Source: Bdellovibrio sp. (lineage in GTDB: Bacteria; Bdellovibrionota; Bdellovibrionia; Bdellovibrionales; Bdellovibrionaceae). Taken from it: a DNA stretch of 64,000 nucleotides. The translations under genes and the position numbers were made by a program. A model generated the notes under the pieces. The model made no database searches. It was not told where the DNA came from and saw only the letters and a program-made list of their open reading frames with translations. This document shows, piece after piece, positions 39,601 through 48,509 of this stretch. The stretch is taken from positions 2,016,001 through 2,080,000 of the forward strand of contig JAKFCY010000002.1 in NCBI GenBank assembly GCA_036676395.1, in the 5' to 3' direction. Numbering within the stretch: position 1 is the first letter of the stretch; each line of letters opens with the position of its first letter.

Positions 39601-42600
39601 CCCGCGCCCCCGGCATTAAAACTTAAACTGGAGCCAGACCAAGTTCCTTTAAGCGCACCTGCTACAGAAAAACCTAAATATCCGCCGGCATTGTACAGAC
39701 CTGTATTTGGATCACTTGCAAAAGTGATTGATGGCGAATTAAATGCGCCGTTACCTGCATATAGTTTATTTACTTTGACTGTACCGCTAACGTCTAAAGT
39801 TTGTGATGGATTAACTACACCAAGACCAACATTGCCTGTGTTATAAAATATAGACGTTGCACTTGTTGTCCATTGCGAAATTGTGAATGATCCACTTGCA
39901 GCTGGTGTATATCCAAGTGCCGTGGTTACATCACTTGATGCTAATGCCGCTGATGATGTTACACGGCCTTTTACATCGACTGTTACTTTTGTATATGTTC
40001 CGGCCGTAACACCGCTGTTAGATAACACCAGAGTATTACTGGCTGCTGCTTTTGTTACATCACCTGTATAACCTGGAGTTCTTGCAATTGCCAAAGTTCC
40101 TGTTGCACTTGCTGAACCTAAATCTATTGTTGAAGCCGTAGCAAATGTACCTAACCCTAAATTAGTTCGCGCTGCCGCATTTGAAGTAAGATCACTTAAG
40201 TTATTTGCTTTTACTAAATAACTTCCAAGTGCTGTTGCACTTGCTGGCACATAACCTAGCACCTGCGCAATAGATGCAGCTGATGAAGTAATTTTTCCTG
40301 CGAAATTTGCATAATCTGCATTTGAAATTAAGCCAGCCGTTGTTGTTCCCACCGATGCGAAAGGAATATTTAATGTATGAATTCCATTCAGCGTAGCAAA
40401 CCCAGGGGCAGTGCCCGTAGTTCCGTTTGCAAAACTTTGTGTTCCACTTGCTGAACCATTTAACGATTGAAGACCTGCACCTGATACCCCAAAGGCTACC
40501 CACGTTGTGCCATCACAAAATTCTACATTGCCAGCGTTATAACGTAATGTACCTGCGTAACTGACAGCACATGTTGCTGACTCCATACCAATGCGTAACC
40601 CACCATTCACATCTAATTTTGTAACTGGTGAACTCCAGCCAATACCGACATGACCTGTGTCAGCTAACTTCAAATAACCCGCGATATTTTGTAATTGCAC
40701 AGCGCCCGAAGTATGTTGCGAGTATATAGTAAAAGCTTTACTGCCTGCCGTTGGATACCCTACATAACCAGTGCGCATCGTAGAGCTTGCAGCGTGGGTA
40801 TAGAATTCTAAATAACCATGATCTGCCGGTGCGGTATTAAAAGCTGCAATGGCAGGAGCATTACTTTGCACATCTAATCTTCGCGTTGGATTGCTCGTTC
40901 CAACACCCATGTTGCCTGACAGGTTTATAGTAACCAGAGGCGTTGCTAAACCACGAGTTGTGCCGCTGGCATAAAATCTAAAACCGCCACTCGCGTCACC
41001 ATTAGAATCTGCGATAAATTCAACATAACCAGTATCGCGTATTAAAGTACCTGAGCCATCCCAAATAATATCGCGCGGAATGGTTGTAGAGTTGGGTATC
41101 AAACCTATACCTTTACCGCTTGTTGCAATTCTAATATCTCCATTCGCAACTTCAAGCCGCGATTCTGGTGATGCTGTTCCAATGCCGACATTGCCAGCTA
41201 TGTAATTTATTGTAGTTCCCGAAGTATTCCATTGCGACGAGGTAAACGATCCACTCGCTGCTGGTGTATAACCAAGAGTCGTAATAATCGCCGCACTTGT
41301 AGCCGCTTGTTTATTATTAAAAATATTCCAGTCACTTGCTGATAAATATCCGTTATCAGTTGAATTAGCTTGCGCGATGGACAATGTCGGATTTGAACCA
41401 CCGGTGCTGCTGATCGGACCAGTTACTGTAATTGAAGCCACTGTGCCGCTGGCTCCAGCATCAAAAACACAAGCAAAGCCTGAACCATTAAAAGTTATGT
41501 AATGATTGCCCGCACAAGTTGGAATACTGCGGTTCACATATTTTGAACCATCATATTGAAGAATGTCATTCGCTGTTAAGCTGCTCACCGTGACCGATAC
41601 CCCTTGGATACGATTCACAGTGATGTTTGAAATAATTCCTGAAATATCTCCGGCAAAAGCTGAAGTTGTGCTTAAAACTGTATTTGGTAAGTCAGACAAC
41701 AATAATGTAGTGGCTCCGCTGGTTACGCGGCCCTTGTTGTCTGTGATAACTTTGAAATAAGTTCCGGCAGTTCCGATGTTAGCTAATCCCAGCGCTGGCG
41801 TAGATCCACCCGTTGAAGTGATTTCATTCAAAGTGCCTGACACACTGGTCACCGCACCAGTTGCTGAATCTATCCAAGATAAATTTCCAGTTCCATCAGT
41901 CGATAAGACTTGCCCTGTGGTACCACTGGTTGCTGGTAAAATTAAAGTGTAATTTGCACTCAGGCTTGTTGGCGCCTGCAGTCTGATGTTAAAACTTGTA
42001 CTTGGTTTGTAAATATCAACGTAATTGGTTTTTGTGCTATTTGCAAAAATATCATTTGCGGTGAAGTTTCCTGAACTATCACGTCTTACTAATGTGTTAA
42101 CAGAATTTGCCGCAGAAGCTACGGCATCAATTTGCGCCGTCACTGCCGCACCGCTGACTGGAGCATAACCTAATGTAGTTATAATTTCTGTACTGCTTGC
42201 ACCAAGCTTTGTTTTAAATTCGGCATAATCCAGAGATGTTAAATATCCATCATTTGACATTGATGCGGCCATGATACTGATCACCGGCGCTGATGCTGTT
42301 CCACCTGTAGTCAAAACCGTTCCGCTTGTGGTTACACTTGAAATTCCGCTGCTGCTTACACCAACTGGAATACAACTAAAACTAACACCGTTAAATTTAA
42401 TGGCTTCATTACTTTGGCAGCTGAGCGAAGCTAATGATGAATATTCAACAAACTCTGAATCAGATTTTCCGTTAAGTAGAGTTGTGTTTCCAGCCTTAGC
42501 GGCATACATCGCATAAGGTACCGCATTGATGGCCATTGCCGGCAATGTTTGCCAGCCGCTACTGTCTTGAAATTGCATCACAATTTTTCTAGCATCAGTC

Positions 42601-42959
42601 GCCGTCGGATTATAAATTCCTGGCGATTGACACGGAAATGAAACTGTCGAGTTATCAAACACTGATGCAAATGTTGTTGCACTGACTGGATACGATCTGG
42701 TTCCTGCGCCGAGGGTAAATGAAATAAGGCCGCCAGTACCAGTCATGTTTACTGCTGCATAATTTTCAACGTATAAAACACAAGAGGCCGCAGGGTCTAA
42801 AATTGTAAATCGAAAATTAACATTAGCCGCTTCAAGAGGATAGCCATCTGGCTTAACAATTTTGGCCTGGTATGTTGTACGTAATGGAGTGGCAAGCACC
42901 AGCGTTGCTGACAATAAAATAGCCGTAGATAGAATGATTTTTACGAGCTGACGAACCAC
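36675..42959 (-). CDS. Large trimeric fibre adhesin with a C-terminal S74 chaperone (Bdellovibrio MAT-like)
   Basis: Signal peptide, TYQAKI...VPYA N-domain, many GNVGIGTxxP repeats, C-terminal SDRRLK...GVIAQDVE...Y..IIPLLINALKE and a coiled coil. Confidence 0.88.
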   Translation of the reverse strand: MVRQLVKIILSTAILLSATLVLATPLRTTYQAKIVKPDGYPLEAANVNFRFTILDPAASCVLYVENYAAVNMTGTGGLISFTLGAGTRSYPVSATTFASVFDNSTVSFPCQSPGIYNPTATDARKIVMQFQDSSGWQTLPAMAINAVPYAMYAAKAGNTTLLNGKSDSEFVEYSSLASLSCQSNEAIKFNGVSFSCIPVGVSSSGISSVTTSGTVLTTGGTASAPVISIMAASMSNDGYLTSLDYAEFKTKLGASSTEIITTLGYAPVSGAAVTAQIDAVASAANSVNTLVRRDSSGNFTANDIFANSTKTNYVDIYKPSTSFNIRLQAPTSLSANYTLILPATSGTTGQVLSTDGTGNLSWIDSATGAVTSVSGTLNEITSTGGSTPALGLANIGTAGTYFKVITDNKGRVTSGATTLLLSDLPNTVLSTTSAFAGDISGIISNITVNRIQGVSVTVSSLTANDILQYDGSKYVNRSIPTCAGNHYITFNGSGFACVFDAGASGTVASITVTGPISSTGGSNPTLSIAQANSTDNGYLSASDWNIFNNKQAATSAAIITTLGYTPAASGSFTSSQWNTSGTTINYIAGNVGIGTASPESRLEVANGDIRIATSGKGIGLIPNSTTIPRDIIWDGSGTLIRDTGYVEFIADSNGDASGGFRFYASGTTRGLATPLVTINLSGNMGVGTSNPTRRLDVQSNAPAIAAFNTAPADHGYLEFYTHAASSTMRTGYVGYPTAGSKAFTIYSQHTSGAVQLQNIAGYLKLADTGHVGIGWSSPVTKLDVNGGLRIGMESATCAVSYAGTLRYNAGNVEFCDGTTWVAFGVSGAGLQSLNGSASGTQSFANGTTGTAPGFATLNGIHTLNIPFASVGTTTAGLISNADYANFAGKITSSAASIAQVLGYVPASATALGSYLVKANNLSDLTSNAAARTNLGLGTFATASTIDLGSASATGTLAIARTPGYTGDVTKAAASNTLVLSNSGVTAGTYTKVTVDVKGRVTSSAALASSDVTTALGYTPAASGSFTISQWTTSATSIFYNTGNVGLGVVNPSQTLDVSGTVKVNKLYAGNGAFNSPSITFASDPNTGLYNAGGYLGFSVAGALKGTWSGSSLSFNAGGAGPQIYFTGGNAAQPSYAFNVDSDTGMFNPNSSGGSNELGFSTSGTEKIRITSTGNVGIGTTAPVTKLVVSGGVKISMESAICAVSYAGTLRYNAGNVEFCDGTTWAAFGVSGEGLQSLNGSASATQSFANGTTGTAPAFVTTNGIHRLNIPLASAGSVTAGLLSNTDYTTFSNKITSSAASVAQVLGYVPASATALGNYLVKANNLSDLASSVAARTNLGLGTFATASTIDLGSASATGTLAIARTPAYIGDVTKAAASNTLVLSNSGVTAGTYTKVTVNAKGRVTSSAALAAGDVTTALGYTPAASGSFTSSQWNTSGTSINYITGDVGVGTAAPSEKLHVAGNIFANMGEGFRLLGDSNYFGSNLDAIVLEMQDGNSTSGATDGGFVFRGHTTTDSLDKEWMVIRSPGNVGIGTSAPATRLHVLESTTMGSVGSLNLNNAVMRVQEASGTSLNFDGNTIAAEADLFLGTKNLNNFHLFANDTTRLFIAGSSGNIGIGTTAPAAQLDISAGTSGGAVRLGYSGPTYGAYIDTSNTYSGSWAREFSLGYGGSKLGSFGALATSSTLSYLYLNADQNGVNSGHVNPSMVITPAGYVGVSTSSPANILSVGADLGAMANPLSSITLGSANANTLFTLGQDATNRGRIKWTYNATPANAFMSIGSNVSQALVLQDAGGNVGIGKTSPQQKLDVNGEVVAALGTYANFRAIGGNYAAMIRNDGVNTYMPLLTASGNQYGTWNTLRPMSVNNASGDVYLADGKVYVEHSTGEVGIGLTNPGAILHAHSSGTPLKLSNPTASWSVGPEGGTGSFIIYNGSGTGQWMSNGGTSWAANSDRRLKKHIRPIESALEKALQLNGMTYLYNTDSESAPRRVGVIAQDVEKVLPEAIERKSNGMLGVKYVEIIPLLINALKEFYSVWFHDSHEIHSEIAKIKAENAQLRNIAEDASSRAIKAESQAAELKSALCELHPKSKVCVKVK
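38610..40655 (-). repeat. Internal ~0.83-kb direct repeat (copies ~38610-39445 and ~39820-40655, period 1212 bp)
   Basis: TCACAAAATTCTACATTGCC at 39301 and 40513; near-identical peptide CAVSYAGTLRY...GYTPAASGSFT. Ends approximate. Confidence 0.9.
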
Positions 42960-43180
42960 ATATACATATCGGTATAGAATGAAAATTCCATAATGACCTC
43001 TGTCGATTTTCTGAGCGAAAAAAGCATATTTTTTTAAATTATTTCTTATTTAAATGTTTCAACTTGATACAACTGGGCTAGCTACCCACCGACGCCATTT
43101 AAAAACTTAGGAAGAGCAACAGAAATGCCATGGCTGTAATCCAATTTATCTGATTCTCAGGTGCTCAAAATTTGAAAGTC

Positions 43181-43270
43181 GTGACAACCTGTCATTTGCT
43201 CATGACAAAGTGGCTGACTTTTCTAACGAGAATCATTTTATTCAACTTTTAACATGGCGGTAGTTTTGAA
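43181..43270 (+). promoter_or_regulatory. Paired activator boxes and sigma54-like promoter for the cbb3 operon
   Basis: GTGACAACCTGTCAT (43181-95), ATGACAAAGTGGCTG (43202-16) and TGGCGGTAGTTTTGA (GG 43256-57). Confidence 0.68.
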
Positions 43271-45539
43271 TTGTACTTCATTAATGGCAAACACTGCATC
43301 CATCACATTTTGTTTACACTGTGGAATTCCCACTCAGGGAAAAGCTTTCTGCTGTGCTGGATGTGAATCCTTAGCCAATGATTTTTCTACGGTTGATACT
43401 TCAACTGAAAAATTCGATTACCTGGACCAGCCTAATTTTAAAGAAATGTACAGACATCTAGAAAAAGACTTCGATTACTATCTGTATGTTGAAGGAATCC
43501 ATTGCTCGTCTTGTGTTCATTTAATCGAAAAATTAAATGATTATGATCCAAATATATTAGAAGCTCGCGTAAATTATCCGCTTTCGCAATTGGCGATTAA
43601 AACAAATATTGATTTTTCTTTAGCCCGGTTAGCTGCACTACTTTCTTCATGGGGATACACCCCACACTATATCTGCACCTCTTCTAATAAAGAGGATTTC
43701 TTTAAAAAAGAAAATAAAAAGTCGTTAATACGTTTGGGTGTAGCTGGCGCCTGTGCTGGCAATATCATGCTATTTGTAATTCCAGTTTATTCAGGTTTGC
43801 AAAGCCCTTTAAAAGAAATATTTAATTGGCTTAGTTTTATTTTATTTCTTCCGGTTCTTTTTTATGCAGCCACTCCTTTTTATCAAGGCGCACTAAATAG
43901 TCTAAGATACCGAGTCATTAATGTCGATTTACCAATTACTATAGCTTTTCTAAGTAGTTTTATTTTCTCGCTGGTGAATTTAGTGCGTGGAAATTCAATG
44001 ATCTATTTTGATTCGACCGCTAGCTTTGTGTTCTTAATTTTATGCGCACGGCATCTGTTGAAAAACATTCAATATAGGTTCGATAATTCTATTCAGATTC
44101 ACGATATCTTGCAGTCTGATCTGGTGACTAAAGTTGTTGGCGGCACAGAAACTAAAATATCATTAAGTGAAATAAAACTTGGTGATATTTTGAAGTTTGA
44201 AAGAAATGCCATTATTCCAGTTGATGGAAAGCTATTAAGCGAAAAAGCTTCACTTGATGTGGCTGTTCTTAACGGAGAACCGCTTCCTCAGTTTTTTGAA
44301 AAGGGTTTACTGGTTATCGCTGGATCTAAAATTCTATCTTCACAAATTGAAATTGAAGTGACCCAGACACCGAACTCTACCTACCTGGCAAAAATGATGC
44401 AACAATTGCAGGATGGCACATGGGTAAAAACAAAATGGGCTAATCTTTCAGACAAGGCTTCGCAGTATTTGATAGTCATCGTCTTTACTGCCGCGATTAT
44501 ATATTTTGTTTTAAATTATGAACAAAATTTTAATGAAGCCTTTAACAGATCTTTGGCTTTGATCGTTCTAGCCTGCCCTTGTGCTTTAGCTTTTGGAACT
44601 CCTTTAACTTTGGCTTTAACATTAAGAAAAGCTAAGCAGCTAGGCATATTAATTAAAGATGCTAATGTTTTAGAAAAAGTTTTAAACCTTAAAAATATCT
44701 TTTTTGATAAAACGGGAACTTTAACAGAGCTAAATATTCATCTTGCTAAAACTTCACCCGAAAATTTAAATGTTGAGATTAAAGAGATCATCTTAGGTTT
44801 AGAAAGCAACTCGTATCATCCACTGGCCTTTGCTTTAAGAAATGCCTGGCAGGATATCAAGCCGCAGGCTTTTACATCCACGACTGAAAAAGCTGGCGTA
44901 GGTGTAACCGGAATTCTGGCAAACCAAAGTTACACTTTAGAAAAAAGTAAAGAATCCAATGATAGCCTTTGCGTAGAGCTCTATAAAAATCATGAATTCA
45001 TTTGTGCATTGCACTTCGAAGAGGTTCTTCGAATAGATGTCGGCACTTGCCTGTCACATTTAAACGCCCAGGGTTATGCTACCTATTTACTGACTGGTGA
45101 TCACCATAACCGGGCCCTTAAAATCGCTGACCGATGTCAAATTCAGGCTTCTTCTGTTTTTAGCTCTCTGACACCTGAAAACAAAAAAAATATTGTAAGC
45201 CAGCATCAGAATAGCTGCATGATTGGCGATGGCGTAAATGATGCCCTGGCCATGCAGCAGGCCGATGTAGGCATTGCTGTGCAAGGCAGTACTTTCGTAA
45301 GCCTTAAAGCTGCAGATATTTTCTTTACCCGCGGCGGCTTAAAGCCACTCATTGATTTAGTCAATCTGGCTCGACAAAGCCGAAAAGTGCTTCTGCGCAA
45401 TCTTACATTTGCTTTTATTTATAATGCTACCGGAGGAGTTTTAGCCCTGATGGGCTTCATTGACCCAAGATGGGCTGCGATTTTAATGCCGATAAGTTCG
45501 GTTTTAATAATTTTATCTACGCTGGTGGGATTTAGATGA
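43254..45539 (+). CDS. ccoI: Copper-translocating P1B ATPase for cbb3 assembly
   Basis: CLHCG...FCCAGC, HCSSC, CPCAL, DKTGTLT and GDGVND motifs; real start may be ATG 43284. Confidence 0.9.
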   Translation: MAVVLNCTSLMANTASITFCLHCGIPTQGKAFCCAGCESLANDFSTVDTSTEKFDYLDQPNFKEMYRHLEKDFDYYLYVEGIHCSSCVHLIEKLNDYDPNILEARVNYPLSQLAIKTNIDFSLARLAALLSSWGYTPHYICTSSNKEDFFKKENKKSLIRLGVAGACAGNIMLFVIPVYSGLQSPLKEIFNWLSFILFLPVLFYAATPFYQGALNSLRYRVINVDLPITIAFLSSFIFSLVNLVRGNSMIYFDSTASFVFLILCARHLLKNIQYRFDNSIQIHDILQSDLVTKVVGGTETKISLSEIKLGDILKFERNAIIPVDGKLLSEKASLDVAVLNGEPLPQFFEKGLLVIAGSKILSSQIEIEVTQTPNSTYLAKMMQQLQDGTWVKTKWANLSDKASQYLIVIVFTAAIIYFVLNYEQNFNEAFNRSLALIVLACPCALAFGTPLTLALTLRKAKQLGILIKDANVLEKVLNLKNIFFDKTGTLTELNIHLAKTSPENLNVEIKEIILGLESNSYHPLAFALRNAWQDIKPQAFTSTTEKAGVGVTGILANQSYTLEKSKESNDSLCVELYKNHEFICALHFEEVLRIDVGTCLSHLNAQGYATYLLTGDHHNRALKIADRCQIQASSVFSSLTPENKKNIVSQHQNSCMIGDGVNDALAMQQADVGIAVQGSTFVSLKAADIFFTRGGLKPLIDLVNLARQSRKVLLRNLTFAFIYNATGGVLALMGFIDPRWAAILMPISSVLIILSTLVGFR

Positions 45540-45682
45540 ACATTTTGATCATTATTATTCCTATCGCGTTAGCGCTGGGTTTTGGATTTGTATTTATTTT
45601 TGTGTGGGCAACTAAAAGTGGTCAATTTGATGATCTCGATACACCTTCACACAGAATTTTGAAAGATGATGAAAGGAAATAG
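45536..45682 (+). CDS. ccoS: cbb3 oxidase maturation protein CcoS (48 aa, not in ORF track)
   Basis: MNILIIIIPIALALG...WATKSGQFDDLDTPSHRIL; ATGA overlap with ccoI. Confidence 0.9.
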   Translation: MNILIIIIPIALALGFGFVFIFVWATKSGQFDDLDTPSHRILKDDERK

Positions 45683-45683
45683 A

Positions 45684-47786
45684 GTGAAAGAGTTCATTAA
45701 ATATGATGACGAGATTGTCAAAAAATTTGTTTTGGCGACTTTAATTTGGGGAGGCTGTGCATTTATCTTCGGTTTGCTGGCCGCACTGCAATTAGCTTAC
45801 TGGCCGCTAAATATGAATTTAGAATGGGTTACTTTTGGCCGGCTTCGCCCGCTGCATACCAATGCTGCTATTTTTGCATTCGCAGGAAACGCGATTTTTG
45901 CAGGAATATATTATTCAACGCAAAGATTACTCAAAGCACGGTTGTTTTCTGATGGGCTTTCAAAAATTCACTTTTGGGGCTGGCAATTTATTATTGTTGC
46001 CGCAGCTATTTCGCTGCCTTTAGGCTACACGCAGTCTAAAGAGTACGCCGAGCTAGAATGGCCCATTGATATCGCGATCACCTTGATTTGGGTGGTTTTC
46101 GCCGTCAATTTTTTCGGAACTATCAAAAAACGCCGCGAAAAACATTTGTATGTCGCTATCTGGTTTTATATTGCGACGATAATCACTGTTGCTGTTTTAC
46201 ATGTCGTAAATTCAATCGAAATACCTGTAGCCGCTTTTAAGAGCTTGCCGATTTATGCCGGCATTCAAGATGCTCTTGTTCAATGGTGGTATGGGCATAA
46301 TGCAGTAGCTTTTTTTCTGACGACGCCATTTTTAGGGCTAATGTATTATTTTGTTCCTAAAGCAGCTGATCGTCCGGTTTATTCTTATCGACTTTCAATC
46401 ATTCACTTTTGGGCCTTGGTTTTTATCTACATCTGGGCCGGCCCACATCATTTACTTTACACTTCTCTTCCGGATTGGGCACAGAACTTAGGAATGGTAT
46501 TTTCTATTATGTTATGGGCTCCTAGCTGGGGCGGAATGATCAACGGCTTGCTCACAATTAAAGGGGCATGGCATCGGCTAAAAACTGATCCTATTATTCG
46601 ATTTTATATTGCCGCACTTACTTTTTACGGCATGGCCACATTTGAAGGCCCACTACTATCGATCAAAAGTATTAGCGCTTTAGGTCACTACACAGACTGG
46701 ATCATCGGGCATGTTCATGCTGGCGCTCTTGGCTGGAATGGCATGTTAATTTTTGCTATGTTCTATTATTTAATTCCAAGATTATGGAATACAAAAATTT
46801 ATAGTGAAAAATTAATTCATCATCACTTCTGGATAGCCTTAACCGGTGTAATTCTTTATTACACATCAATGGTCGTAGCTGGTATTACGCAAGGTCTGAT
46901 GTGGCTATCGATCACACCAGAAGGACAACTGACTTATCCCGATTTTATTGAAACCGTTACAAAAATTATTCCTCTCTACTGGGCACGCGCTCTGGGTGGA
47001 GCATTCTTTATCGTTGGTTTTGCAATAATGATTTACAACATTTACAAAACTATTAAAAATGCCCCGCAAGCCGCTGAAGAAAAATCTGTAGAAGTCTCAA
47101 GAACAGGCTTTGAAGAACAAGCAGAAGGCCACCGAAAAATCGAAGGCCTTGGATTAACTTTTTCAATTCTAACTTTTTTAGCTATTGCTGCCGGTTCGAT
47201 TATTGAAATTTATCCAACGCTTTCTCTGCATCGCTATATCAATCCGAACGACACAACAAAGCCATTTTCTGCTTTAGAAATTGCAGGGCGTGGAATTTAT
47301 GTGCGCGAAGGATGTTATAACTGCCACTCACAGCAAATTCGTCAGATACCGGCAGACGTTTTACGTTATGGCCCGGCATCGACAATCGAAGAATCCCAAT
47401 ATGATCGTCCGTTTCAGTGGGGATCTAAACGCACCGGCCCAGATCTGGCGCGTATAGGTAAAAAATATCCGCATATGTGGCACTTAAATCATATGTTGAA
47501 TCCAAGAACTATCGCCGCAAAAAGTATAATGCCGAATTACCCTTGGCTATTTGAGAAAAACACAGATTTTTTAGCGCTACGCAGAGAGTTTTCTGTCATG
47601 AAAAAATTAGGTGTGCCTTACGACGAAAATACCGTAGCCAATGCAGACATTCTTGCGCAAAAAGAAGCCAAGTTGATTGCTGATGATATTTCTGCAAATG
47701 GAGGTCCTGCCGGCTTAGAGAAAAAAGAAATCGTCGCCTTGATCGCTTATTTACAATCATTAGGGCAAAAAGGAGCAAATCCATGA
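45684..47786 (+). CDS. ccoN: cbb3-type cytochrome c oxidase, fused subunits I and II
   Basis: RLRPLHTN, QWWYGHNAV, WAGPHHL and IGHVH, then CcoO motifs EGCYNCHSQ and WGSKRTGPDL; GTG start with AAGGA RBS. Confidence 0.95.
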   Translation: MKEFIKYDDEIVKKFVLATLIWGGCAFIFGLLAALQLAYWPLNMNLEWVTFGRLRPLHTNAAIFAFAGNAIFAGIYYSTQRLLKARLFSDGLSKIHFWGWQFIIVAAAISLPLGYTQSKEYAELEWPIDIAITLIWVVFAVNFFGTIKKRREKHLYVAIWFYIATIITVAVLHVVNSIEIPVAAFKSLPIYAGIQDALVQWWYGHNAVAFFLTTPFLGLMYYFVPKAADRPVYSYRLSIIHFWALVFIYIWAGPHHLLYTSLPDWAQNLGMVFSIMLWAPSWGGMINGLLTIKGAWHRLKTDPIIRFYIAALTFYGMATFEGPLLSIKSISALGHYTDWIIGHVHAGALGWNGMLIFAMFYYLIPRLWNTKIYSEKLIHHHFWIALTGVILYYTSMVVAGITQGLMWLSITPEGQLTYPDFIETVTKIIPLYWARALGGAFFIVGFAIMIYNIYKTIKNAPQAAEEKSVEVSRTGFEEQAEGHRKIEGLGLTFSILTFLAIAAGSIIEIYPTLSLHRYINPNDTTKPFSALEIAGRGIYVREGCYNCHSQQIRQIPADVLRYGPASTIEESQYDRPFQWGSKRTGPDLARIGKKYPHMWHLNHMLNPRTIAAKSIMPNYPWLFEKNTDFLALRREFSVMKKLGVPYDENTVANADILAQKEAKLIADDISANGGPAGLEKKEIVALIAYLQSLGQKGANP

Positions 47787-47947
47787 AACAGGGCTTACTG
47801 CACTTTACTGATATCTATTTAACTTCATTTGGCTTGATTATATTTTTCTGCTTTTTTATGAGTGTGATTTTTATCACTTCGAAAGCAAAAAACAAACAGC
47901 TTTATAAAAGATTAGAACACCTACCATTTGGGGAACACCATGAGTGA
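47783..47947 (+). CDS. ccoQ: cbb3 oxidase small subunit CcoQ (54 aa, not in ORF track)
   Basis: AGGAG RBS, one TM helix, ends ...LEHLPF; lies between ccoNO and ccoP. Confidence 0.75.
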   Translation: MKQGLLHFTDIYLTSFGLIIFFCFFMSVIFITSKAKNKQLYKRLEHLPFGEHHE

Positions 47948-48509
47948 AGAAAAAAATGAAACCGAAGTATCTAAACATCATTACGACGGCATCTATGAGT
48001 CTGATAATCCTATGCCTTATTGGTGGATCTGGAGTTTTATTCTGACGGTCATCTTTGGATCAATTTATTATCTTCATTATGAAGTTTCAAATGGGCCAAG
48101 TTTAAAACAAGAACTGGCCGAGGCCATGAAAGAAATTGAAAGCCGAAAAGGTCACGTCGCCCTTGTGGTAGAAACAGAAGAATCACTTATTGCGCAAATG
48201 AAAAGTCCAAATGATTTAGCATTGGGTGTTGCTGTTTATAACGCAAAATGTGCGATGTGCCATGGCCAAGACCTACAAGGCCAGATCGGACCAAATTTAA
48301 CTGATCGCTATTGGATTCATGGCAAAGGCCTTAGAACAGATCTAGTTAAAATTATTCACGAGGGCATTCCCGAAAAAGGAATGCCACCATGGCGCGATCA
48401 GATCAGCAAAAAAGAATTGTATGGCGTTATAGCTTATATTATTTCGAAAATTGATTCTAACCCAAAAAATGCGAAAGCACCTCAAGGCGATTTGGCGAGT
48501 GAAAACTAA
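47940..48509 (+). CDS. ccoP: cbb3 oxidase subunit III (mono-haem)
   Basis: HHYDGIYESDNPMPYWW, CAMCH, GPNLTD and GMPPW motifs. Confidence 0.9.
   Translation: MSEEKNETEVSKHHYDGIYESDNPMPYWWIWSFILTVIFGSIYYLHYEVSNGPSLKQELAEAMKEIESRKGHVALVVETEESLIAQMKSPNDLALGVAVYNAKCAMCHGQDLQGQIGPNLTDRYWIHGKGLRTDLVKIIHEGIPEKGMPPWRDQISKKELYGVIAYIISKIDSNPKNAKAPQGDLASEN

Noticed and set aside
36675..42959. Prophage suggested by the tail-fibre/S74 domain
   Set aside because: The protein has a signal peptide and no phage structural, integrase or replication genes are nearby.
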